NCBI GenBank assembly: GCA_965153455.1
Contig: OZ234493.1
Location: 3,534,001-3,598,000 of the forward strand
Length of the DNA: 64,000 nt
Source of the DNA: Sphagnum compactum
Lineage: Eukaryota
Reading direction: 5' to 3'
The notes under the pieces are model-generated. The model was not told where the DNA came from and did not search any database. It saw nothing but the letters and a program-made list of their open reading frames with translations. Both the position numbers and the translations under genes were made by a program. Every line of letters starts with the position of its first letter. Positions within the stretch are counted from its first letter, which is position 1. Below are positions 49,925-64,000 of this stretch, one piece after another.

Positions 49925-50065
49925 AGAGCTGTAAGACTGGAAATTGGTCGTTCTATGTTCCTTCAGGTTATCTTTCATTACTATTGTGCAAATAATCTGG
50001 ATGCTTAGAGCTGTAAGACTGGAAATTAGTCATTTATTGTTCCTTCAGGTTATCTTTCATTACTA
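49925..50065. repeat. 59-bp direct repeat with 82-bp spacing, downstream of TPP
   Basis: agagctgtaagactggaaatt.gtc.tt...tgttccttcaggttatctttcattacta at 49925-49983 and 50007-50065. Confidence 0.9.
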
Positions 50066-50575
50066 CTAGTGTGGCCTGTGCCGTTGGCCCAAGTGCGAAC
50101 CCATTACAAAATAGGGAGACTCAACGTGTGAACATTGTTTTGCAATGTATGTATCAATGTTTTGAAGAGCCAAATATGAAAGGAAATCATGCTTGAATTG
50201 AATAGTAAGCCTTTGAGTGTTACCACGTTCTCAACTGATTTTTCCGTCCAAAACCTGGTCTTTTGGAATTTATTTGAGTTTTTCAGAGGCAGAAATCACT
50301 TTAAAATCAATATCTCCCACATTCTGAATGCAACTCTTACCAAATAAATTTCATTAAATCCTGCTCATAAGATCTTTCCAACAACACCAAAGGCACATTC
50401 CGATTCCTCCAAAATTTTCAGCTATGACTTAATTTAATTTTCAGTGAAGAGATCATTCAATATTCAAGAACTTTTGCACCGCAAGTCCAAACGTCATGGA
50501 ACCAAGCCCATGCACCCGTCCTCATTTCAGAGCTTTCCAAAGACACCAAGAACAAAATCTGAAGCATCCCTGATG
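50066..50575 (-). mobile_element. Non-autonomous Helitron-like element (5'-truncated)
   Basis: The minus strand ends GGGCCAACGGCACAGGCCACACTAG|T: a GC-rich subterminal hairpin, CTAG, then T. The body is an inverted homolog of 57878-58313. Confidence 0.7.
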
Positions 50576-51279
50576 ACAAGTTAAATAAATTCTGCATAAC
50601 ATAGATGTATATGACAAGAAGTTGCGAATGTAGTTGCAAATGGACTGTTTGCAAATGACAATTTTTCTTCTAGTGGCAACATCAGAGAACCCAAAAAAGA
50701 TCATTAGTCCTAATAGATTAAATAATTTTAATAGACTATTATACTTTCTGAGATCCTAGTTTATTAATACTTGGATTCAACCTATAGGAACATCTGCTAG
50801 CTAGTAGAAATGCTTTCTTTTGGCCAATTAATCAAATAGTTTGCATGAAACAATAGCCAATAGTTACATTCCCCAAATACTGATGGTGACTATGAACTTT
50901 ATTTAGACAGAAGATGAATTCTCCATTGCCATTTCTCATCTGTTGTTCACCCCATTTAGCTGCTTACTAATGCATTTGCATGTTCAGCTGGGATCCACAA
51001 ACATCACCAACAAGAACATTTGTGGACAAAGTTACATGCAGGCTGCCTCTTCCCCATGAATCTCAGACCATTATCCAGTGGCTGCAACGAGCTGCTTGTC
51101 TCTTATGTTTTTTAAAAAAAGGCGGGGAGAAAATTCTTGACTGCTGACATCCACACTATTGAATTGCCCATTGACAATGAAAATAACAACTACGGTTCTT
51201 CCGCAACTTCAAAATCAGATTCTCATTCTGGTCAATCTTCCACCATGAGAACCTCTTTACTCCGGACAGATTTTCTTTT

Positions 51280-55020
<3,741 letters not shown>

Positions 55021-55087
55021 TGTACTTAGCACGCCCCGCCCCGAATTGCGACAGGAGAGAAACCTTCTTCAGTACCCCAGGTGATTA

Positions 55088-55150
55088 CTAGGCCTCGCAC
55101 AAAAGAGCCGTAAGAACACGACGAGCTTCAGCTTCGATGACAGAAGCCAT
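55088..55150 (-). CDS. Short upstream ORF (20 aa, MASVIEAEARRVLTALLCEA) ahead of ADSL
   Basis: ATG in tccATGGct context, TAG at 55090-55088, ending 67 nt before the ADSL ATG. It matters only if transcription starts upstream of 55150. Confidence 0.35.
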   Translation of the reverse strand: MASVIEAEARRVLTALLCEA

Positions 55151-55199
55151 GGACCTTATTCCTCCTCGAGAGCACGAAGAGGACCACGACGGTGAGCAA

Positions 55200-55365
55200 G
55201 GTTTAGGGTTTAGGGCTTGGGAGTGGTCTTCGAGAGAGTTTTTCGCGAGCACCGAGACGCAGGTCCTGAGTTCGAATCCCTGAGTCGGCGGGGGTTGGGA
55301 GAGACACAAGGGAGGGAGGGAGGGAGGGAGGAAGGGTGGGCTACCTACACAAATTAGGGCCCACT
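55200..55365 (-). promoter_or_regulatory. ADSL proximal promoter with telo-box and site II-like motif
   Basis: GGTTTAGGGTTTAGGG at 55200-55215 reads AAACCCTA telo-boxes on the minus strand. GGCCCA lies at about 55359-55364. A further telo-box lies in intron 1 near 54625. Confidence 0.5.
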
Positions 55366-55884
55366 TTAAAACAAAGGTAGCACTTAGGCAAGTCACTACC
55401 CTTATCCCTTAACTTGGGAAATATTTTTTTATAGCCCATTAGGTAGGCTTTATGTAGCTTCTTCCTAAGGAGCATTTAGGTATCCCTTAATCTAGGTATA
55501 GGCCTTTTGATCGTCCCTAGATAGCCCTTTAAGTAAGTACCCTGTGTTGTGCATGTAAGTGTCAATAGTTGTATATATGGGCTGATTCACACTTACATGT
55601 CCAAACTTTTTACACTTACAGTGTCATGAATGTTTTGCATTTAAATTTTGGTGTTTGTGTTTCACATTTGATTTTCACAAAGTTAATGTTATCTAACATT
55701 ATTTGAAAAAATAGTTAATAGATTAAATTCAAGGAATCATGGCTATTATTCGTATAATAAAATTCATTTTCTTGTTTTACATTGCACTAATTTATCACAT
55801 ATTTACAATCAACATTTTTTAAAAACCCAAGTAATTTGATAATGATCAAGTTTTTAACATGGTTCACATACTTAGCCCAATCAT

Positions 55885-56687
55885 GGGTCCATTCACGATT
55901 GGGGTACCAAAAAAAAGGAAAAAGGACTCTAGGACTTTTGTGGGGTTACTTTTGCTAAATACCATTTATTTGAAATAAATTTAAATGAAAAAAAATAATT
56001 AATCCAATTAAAAATAATTCATGTGACAATGGTGAGTTTTCACAATCATACATAATTGTGTATGAATATTTTGGTTTATAGCTAGAAACACAGAAAATCT
56101 CAAAAAATCTCAAAATGAGTTTTAATGGATAACCAAACATGTTTTTTGACAAGATTATTTCCTACATTGTGTGACCTGCACCTGAAGCTAGACATTTTGA
56201 ACCTATTAAACATTTTTTTTTTTGGTCAAATGGTTAAAAAAACGAACCATTTGCCTTGTAGCCCTTTTCTTCAAAATTTCAAGACTTTGACAATTTTATG
56301 TGATTTGTTTTTTCATCAAGTTCATCCAATGAGCATGTATTTTCATAGAAAGGGGGCATGTTTTTGTTTTACAAAAAGTTTGAAATCAATTGTATGACTT
56401 TATGCATTCCTTTTTATTCTTCAAAAAAAAAAAAAAAGTTTAAACATTGATATAGTGAGTTTAGACACTTGATATAGTTAGTTTATAGGATTTAAAATGA
56501 CATTTACATAGTATCCAATTTATTTTTAAATATTTTTATTAATTTAACAAGACATCATTTTATCTATTGGCATATAACAATCCACTACAACTATAATAAT
56601 GTAAGATAAACAAAAATCCAACATTGTCCTTTGCAATTTTTAAAAACTTAAACGTTCTTTTTTGGTACCCCAATCATAAATGGACCT
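55885..56687. mobile_element. About 800-bp non-autonomous TIR element (MITE-like)
   Basis: Left end GGGTCCATTCACGATTGGGGTACCAAAAAA and right end TTTTTTGGTACCCCAATCATAAATGGACCT form TIRs of about 30 bp. TCAT directly flanks both ends. Confidence 0.8.
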
Positions 56688-57877
56688 TCATATGAAATCA
56701 TAATGTTTAGTAGATAAGTTACAAATTTTAGGAAGATTAAAAATCATTTCAATTTATTTTGGAGTATATTTGCATTTTTTATGTAAATCATTACATACAT
56801 TTTTTGGCACAAATATATTTTAACATCACATCATATGAAATAATAAAATATAATTTCCTTAGCATTTTTTTTTGGTGTGTTTTAGTTTACCATAATATGC
56901 AAAATAATTGTGAAAATCATTTTTGATAATGAAGTTGAAATGTGGGCATTGCTAAAAAAGAATACAATGTGATAACATTATTGGCCCCCTTAGAGTGTGC
57001 TATCAATTTTCTATTTCAACTAGTTCATTTTGCTATTGTGTTTTACATATGGAAAAAAAGGAAACCCATGAATGATGATGAATATGAAATTGTTAAAAGG
57101 AAAATCATATAATTATTGCATAATTAATTACTTTAAAATGTAATTACATAACTTTTAGGTTCCACCTCCATTATTTTAGGAGGTGATGTTAATTAGATTA
57201 AGAACTAAGTTAAAAAAACTCTAAAACAAGATTAAGGGGATAATATTTTGAAGAGCTACCATATTTACAAAGTTGCCACATTTCTAACCAATGTTCTAAA
57301 AAGAATTACATGGTTCAATTAGTTATCATATAATAGAATTGATATGATAATAACTTAGTATCCACATTCAAAAAACATTCATAATTTAAAAGTTATGGAG
57401 GTTGAATTTTGTTAAAATTTAAAGTATATTTCAAAATTTTAGAGTTTCAAAAGTTCGTTACCACATATAAATTGGGTGTAATGTACATGACACATAAAAC
57501 AAAGTTAAAATTTATAAAATAAAAAACTAAAATTTACAATAACTAACATATTTTGGTATGATATGAAATTATCATAATGTTTTAAGGCAAAATGAAAAAT
57601 ATAGCATAATTTTCACACTAAATGAAAAATTCACATTTATTCAATAATGATTAAATAAGAATCATGTGATATATTTGGGGGAAATATATGTATTTTAAAG
57701 AATGAGTTGCAAAATATTTCATTCAAATAAAAAATTTATATGAAAAAAAAGATTGAAAAAGGACTCACACTCCTTTTGTAAAGTAACATTGTTGGCTCCT
57801 ATTAGCATGTTTTTGACCCATTTACAAGGTTGTTGTTTCTATTTCTTCAATTATTTTGTTCCCCTAATAAACATTTA

Positions 57878-58313
57878 TCTATGAAACAAAGTAATTTGTT
57901 TGTTTTGTTTTGTACTAATGAGATCCATTGAACTGGGATGTTTCAAATCATATTCTTGGTTTCTTTGGAAAGCTCTCAAAAGGAAGGGGTGCATCAGCTT
58001 GGAATCATGGCGTTTGGACTTGTAGTGTAGAAGTTCTTGAATATTACATGATTTTTTAACTGAAAATTAAATTAAATTATAGCTAAAAATTTGGAAGACT
58101 TGGAATGTGCCTTTGGTGTTGTTGGAAAGATCTTGATGATCAAGATTTAATGGAATTTATTTGGTAAGATTTGGATTCAAAATGTGGATGATATTGATTT
58201 TCAAATGATTTCTACCATTGAAAATTCAAATAAATTCCAAAAAACTAGGTTTTGGAAGAAAAAATCAGTTGAAGACATGGTAACATTTGGGCCAACGACA
58301 TAGGCCACATTAG
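57878..58313 (+). mobile_element. Non-autonomous Helitron-like element
   Basis: A|TC start at 57878 and end GGGCCAACGACATAGGCCACATTAG|T. Shares ggaatgtgcctttggtgttgttggaaagatctt and other blocks with 50066-50575. Confidence 0.7.
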
Positions 58314-58329
58314 TTGGTGTGATATCACG

Positions 58330-59970
58330 AGTTGGACCATGGTTGAAATCTTGCACAACATTGTAATTTTTTCATTGAAACTAAACATGTTGCCATGTTT
58401 CATGATGAAGTCATTAGTGTTGATAACTTGAACTAAATATCTTACATGTTAATGTGATCCAAGAGTGGATGCACCAATTCTTATTATGGTAGTTTTTCAA
58501 ATAATGGTAGAAAGTTTGAATGTAACCAATTTAACAAAAGTATTCATCTACAATGTAATGGTTGCAATAAAGTTGAAAAAAGAGGCCATGTGTTTTAAAT
58601 TTCTACATCTTAAAGTTGTTCAAGTGATTTTAAATTTAAGTTGCCAAAATTGGAGCGACCTTGCAAATCCTTGATCACTATGTGCTTATGTATTCAAGAA
58701 ATTTAGCGCATGGCTCATCATATTAATATTGGAGTTTATGTTTTGTTCAAGTTAAACATAGGTTGGAAAGCTTGTTCCAAACTCTATACATGTTTATTTT
58801 TATAAAATCCCAAAAGTTTAAAATTTTTAAAACTTGTTAAGATCATGGAAACTAATGAAAATAAGTGGTTGAATTGTTTTGAAAACAAGATGGACATTTT
58901 TATTAATTAGTGCTTACCAAAAGAGAAATTGTTGAATATTACGCTTTAGTTGTCAAAATGGCATTTGATTTTACTTATAACTTCACTACAAACATTAACT
59001 TGGATTTGGTGTATAACATTGAAGTATTTTATAGGTTTGCTTCCTTGTTGCCAAGGCCAAAAATTATGAATACCCTCATGAAGTTGTCCCAAGCCCAAAG
59101 ACATGTTTGTTATTGATTTTGTGGCATCAACCACTCAAATTTGTCAAACATTTTATACATTTGCATTATGTTGACCCCCATAACACATTCAAGTTTGATT
59201 TGTTTCATTCCTTCAAGTGTTTGAATGATGACAACCATGAACTCTTGTTCCTAGATTGGATAATAAATCCCAACATAGGTTTTGATCATATTGTCTTTCG
59301 TGCAAATTATGAATAACACATTTGGGCATGACACTGTAATTAATTAACATGGGTTGTGTGCTAGACATGATTAGGGAAGTCCACATTGATACTTTCTAAA
59401 TTGTAAGGAATCATGTCAAAAAAGGCAATTGAAACTTTGATTGTAGAAGTACACTATCATATTCCTTCACATGGGTTGATGGAAGCACTAGGGGTTGTCT
59501 TGATGTATTACTTGCATGAATCTTTCAAATGACACATCAATATTATCATTGGGTAATTATAATGTTATTTGAAAAGGATTGGGTCTGTTTAAATCTAGGT
59601 GTTAAAAGTTTTGTTTTCTATTGAATTGGATCTTCAAATGTCACTTTTCAAATGACAATCAAGAATAATGTATATTTTTTCATGCCTCCTCAATAGGTGC
59701 ATGGCTTGATCTAGCTTTAAACATTTGTTTTTTTCCCTAGCAATTGTGCACAAGTTGTTTGAATACTTTCCACTAGCAAAAATAACATGGTACACATGTT
59801 GGTTCTATGGAAAATGATAAATGTTTTAATAATATAAACTACATCAAATCCAAGCTCTAGAATTTATTAATAACTTATATTTATTGCCCTTTGAATTATT
59901 AAGATGTATATTCAACAATTTTACACATTGGAAGAATTTTTTCACCTATAAATAATTACTATGTGGAAGG
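58330..59970 (+). mobile_element. Decayed hAT-superfamily transposase remnant
   Basis: Fragments DEVISVDN (about 58404), MAH (about 58710), KTRW (about 58882), KREIVEYYALVVKMAFD..NLDLVYNIE..LLP...TLMKLSQ (ORF 58910-59116), LMEALGVV (about 59476) and GSMENDKCFNNINYIKSKL*NLL (about 59800, resembling the hAT dimerization motif GS.E.ER.FS...KSKLRNRL). Many stops and frameshifts. Confidence 0.7.
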
Positions 59971-61239
59971 ATATGAGTATGGTTTTTATTTTAAATCTTT
60001 ATTTGGTTCATGATAAAATTGAATTTCAATTTTATCACCTTTTCTATTCACATTACTACAAATATTGGTTTTTCAAAATGTCCAAATTAACTAACCCATC
60101 TTAATTAGTGGGCATGTACATTTTATTAAAGGCATGAAAGTTGTGTAACGTGTATTTTTTGACTATTGAACTTGATTAAAATGCCTTGTCAACTTGAACA
60201 TTTAGTCAAGTTGAACAAAATATTCACCACCTTGGTCGAATTGGCCAATGAGTTATAGTCAAATGGGACATTTAATGAAGTTGGATAAAACAAAATGACA
60301 TGCTCGTTCAAGATTGCCAATCAAATCAAACAAACTATGTTAGTTAATAGGTCAAATTAGTTACTACCTAGACTTGGTAAATAACTTAAGTTTCCCTACA
60401 TACTTACCTTTTAGTTCCTACCTACCCACTTCCTTACCTATTTTTCTCCTATCTCCCTTTGATAGTGTAGTCCATTAACAAAGATTTGGTTTATCATTGT
60501 GGAAGTTAGGGATTGAATCTTTTATACTTGTAACCTATGCACAGATGTTTATGAGGTTAGCATAGGTAGATTAAATTGAGCTAATTAAGTAGGTTAAGCT
60601 AGGCTACCACCTATTTATTTACTTGCCTTTTTATGACCTACCTAGACTTATTTACTAACTACCTACCTACAATTTATTTACCTACCTAAAAATAAAGTAA
60701 TGAAATGATTTTAATTTAAGTAGAAATTCATTTAATTAAATGGTCCATTATCCACTAATCGAAATAATCAATGGATAGTTCCAAATTGACTTGTCCAAAT
60801 TGACAAGATGAACCTTTTTACGCTTTTCCAAATATTACGTGCACCAATATGTGTTTTTGTTCATTTTATATTTTAATAAAATTTGAATGAACATGAACAG
60901 ATTTACCAGGGCAAAAATTACCAACCCTTTAATGAATAAAGACTAATTGTAAGGACCAAGTGAATTCTTTAATAGCTAATCAAATGAATTAATGGTTAAT
61001 TCATTAATCTAACCTCCTAATTTATAATTAGGCCAAGTTATGAACTTTGAGTAGGGTAGACAATTAAAAACCTAGATTAATTTAGGCCACTTAACTCACC
61101 AACTTAAGGTGCAAGCATGAAGGTTTGAACCCTTCACTTTTGTTCACCAAAGAAATAAGTTTTAAACCACTAAATCACTGTTTAAATTAAAAAAATGATT
61201 TATCATCACATGTATTATTCTCATTGTTTTTCTAAGTAT

Positions 61240-62580
61240 GTGTAAACTACCATAGGTTAGATTCCTATGCTAGTCCTAAGATATTTTTAAGTTAGTGTAG
61301 GATATTATTAGTTATTTTTAGGCTGATGTAAATTACCATAAGTTATCATAATATACCATAAGCTAAAATTTTGGGATAATCCTCAGCCATTTAAGTTATT
61401 TACTTTAAACTGTTTTAGGTTGTTTTACCCTAGGACATTTTTGATTATTTGGCCTTTAGCTATTTTTTGTTATTGTATCGTAGACAATTATAAGTTATCC
61501 CACCTTAAATTATTTAAAATTATATTACCTTAGGTTAATTTCAACTATTTAAAGCTATCCCAAATTAAATTATCTTAGTTTATTTTACCTTAAATTATTT
61601 TTTATTATCCCAACTTATGTTATTATTGACTATTTTACTTTAAGTTAAATTTTTGACAATTTCACCTTATGTTATTATAACTATTCTACCTTAGGCTATT
61701 CTAAATTATTATTTACTATCCCATCCTATGTAATTATAGGTTATTCTACCTTAAGTTATTTTAAATTATTCTCGATTATCCCACCTTATGTTATTATAGA
61801 TTATTCTCCTTTAAGTTATTTTAAGTTATTTTCAATTATCCCACCCTATCCTATTGTAAGTTATCTAACTTTAAGTTATTATGGGTTATTTTCGACAATC
61901 CCACCTATTTTATTATAGGATATTTTACCTGAAGTTATTTTTGATTATTATAAGTTATTCCAGGTTATGTTATAATAGGTTATTTTCCCCTAGGATATTT
62001 GCAACTATTTAAGGTTATTTTAGGTGATTTTAAGGTAATTTAGGTAATTTTACTTTATGCTACTTTTGATTATTCTAGGTTATTCGACCTTAGACAATTT
62101 TAGGCCATTTGCAATTATTATAGGTTAATCCATTTTAAATTATTCTAGTTTATTTTATTGTAATATGTTTTTGGTTATTTTAAATTATTCCACCATAAGT
62201 TGTTTTATGTTATTATAAAATATTATTAATTATTTTACCATATGTTATTATAAGTTATGTAATGTGAAATTGTTTGGGCTATAACCCTAAGCTATAATCT
62301 AGAATAACCTATGGTATAGTTGAAGGTAAAATGATCTAAAATAGTGGAAAATAACTTAAAATAGAATAATTAAAATATTTTACAGTGAAATATCTAGAAT
62401 GATTGAAAATAAATTATAATGCTTGAAGGCGGAATAAATTATAAGTACTAAAAAAAGTTTAGTATTGATAACTTAAAATAACCTAACGAAAAAGTGTGAA
62501 ATATAATAATTAAAAATAATGTAAGATAAAATAACCTATAATAGCCTATGGTAATATAACCAAAAACATTTATATTAACA
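61240..62580. repeat. Degenerate AT-rich tandem array that switches orientation near 62280
   Basis: Recurrent aagttatttt/ggttatt/ttatcccacct up to about 62260, then the complementary aataacct/aataactt units from about 62290. Confidence 0.7.
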
Positions 62581-64000
62581 ACAGTTTAAAAACCTATTTT
62601 TTTGAATTATAATGAATTATTTCAATTAATAGTGAATTATGTCAATTAGTGGTGAAACAAAATGATGACATAATGACCCTATAATGATATTTTTGTAGGC
62701 AAGGTGAAATGATTAAAGTGAGGTGAATTTATTTCATGTTTGAGTCCCATAATGATTTAAGGTATTGAATTACACCCCACAGTTGGATTATTGAAATTTG
62801 GGTTTTTCTAATGAAAATCTTTAGTCAAAATAAACTTGTTTTTATTTTAATAATGTCATGACAAACAAGTTCCATGGATCATGAGATCCCAACTTTAAAC
62901 CTTACTAATATTTAAGTTGAATGTTTGATTGCCATTTGTTTATTCACATGTTTTATGTATATTCTACCTAGGGGTGACCTTATGTGTTAACATTTTACAT
63001 TACACAATGTCAAAACGTGTCTTTCATAACTAGAACATTTCACAATTATGTTTTAATTTAGTTATGAAATCATATGTCCTTAATCATATATTCTTAGTCA
63101 TCTTTGCAACTACATTATGATTGCTTATGATTACATGACTATTAAGTAGATTTTTTAAATGCTTGGTTAACATGTATCTTACATACTACCTACTTAATAA
63201 TATGTACATTAGATATGTATTAGTTTGATACCTACCTTAGATACCTATTTAGTAAGTATTTTGTTAGTTGCTATTAATTGAATAATAGGTACCTATTAAA
63301 TACAATATTTAATAGATACCTAGGTAAATATGTGGTACATACTACCTACTTGGTAAATACCTAATAGGTATTTAAATTTTTTTACTAATATTAATATTAG
63401 ATACCTACTAGTACCTATCCTAGATACATAATAATTAGATTGATATTTATTAATATGTATGTATCCCACTAGCTAGGTAGTAAGTGCCTACCTCACTAAA
63501 TACCTATCTATTAGTAAGTATCTATTTAATTACTAATTAATTATTATTTAAGTAAATATGTACCTTGTTACCTACCTCAAGCTCTAGAAATAATCTTTGA
63601 AATACAAAGGAAAACACTGAAAAATCAATGTTGAAAAAATAAGCTTTCCAACTTACAAAACACTAGTTTTTTTTTTTTTCTTTTGAGAACCCTCCTATTT
63701 TCAAACTTCATAACTTTCTTATTTCTTTTTCATTTTAAATGATTTAAAGTGCTTTAGCAGCGTCACCTGAAGTTTTACAAATCATCTTTGAACTCTAATT
63801 GCAACAGAGCAACATAATAAGAAATTTTTTAGGTGTTTAGAAATTGGCTTTGTAGTAGATACCCCAAGAAAAAAACACACACACACACACACACACACAC
63901 ATTTTTGGGCGCTTCTAAAATTTACATTCGTCAGCAGAATGTTTTAATACCCACATTAAAAGGAAGTTAGGCTTCTAGAAACTTCCAGAACTCCCATTCT

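Noticed and set aside
51036-51058. miR408-like complementary site in the ADSL 3' region (12-nt CTGCCTCTTCCC match plus ATGCA)
   Set aside because: It needs a 2-nt bulge in the seed and has mismatches at the miRNA 3' end, so it fails plant targeting rules. ADSL is also not a copper protein.
55211-55290. Functional tRNA gene
   Set aside because: Only the B-box matches; acceptor, anticodon and T stems cannot be formed.

Overview
AT-rich eukaryotic plant nuclear DNA with GT-AG introns. The repeat landscape suggests a bryophyte, probably Sphagnum-like; this is inferred, not proven. Three intron-containing genes were reconstructed by hand, each giving an intact reading frame. (1) A + strand cytoplasmic receptor-like kinase with an N-terminal USP-like (adenine nucleotide alpha hydrolase-like) domain, 13315-18242, 11 exons, 968 aa. 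(2) A + strand trehalose-6-phosphate phosphatase (TPP), 44430-49431, 11 coding exons, 464 aa. (3) A - strand adenylosuccinate lyase (ADSL) with a transit-peptide-like first exon, 55020-51280, 10 exons, 554 aa. Intergenic DNA is mostly decayed transposon sequence: a Helitron/Helentron RepHel remnant, hAT transposase remnants, two nested solo LTRs with perfect 5-bp TSDs, non-autonomous Helitrons, a CACTA MITE, another TIR MITE, a tRNA-derived SINE head and several tandem arrays. The best candidate for undescribed biology is a spliced 57-codon uORF in the TPP leader that resembles the angiosperm TPP conserved-peptide uORF. Also notable are a duplicated 3' splice site in the kinase gene, a uORF and possible dual-targeting design at ADSL, and a G.U-rich hairpin at about 10.4 kb. 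No CRISPR array, rRNA or intact tRNA was seen. All family assignments rest on recalled motifs, not database searches.
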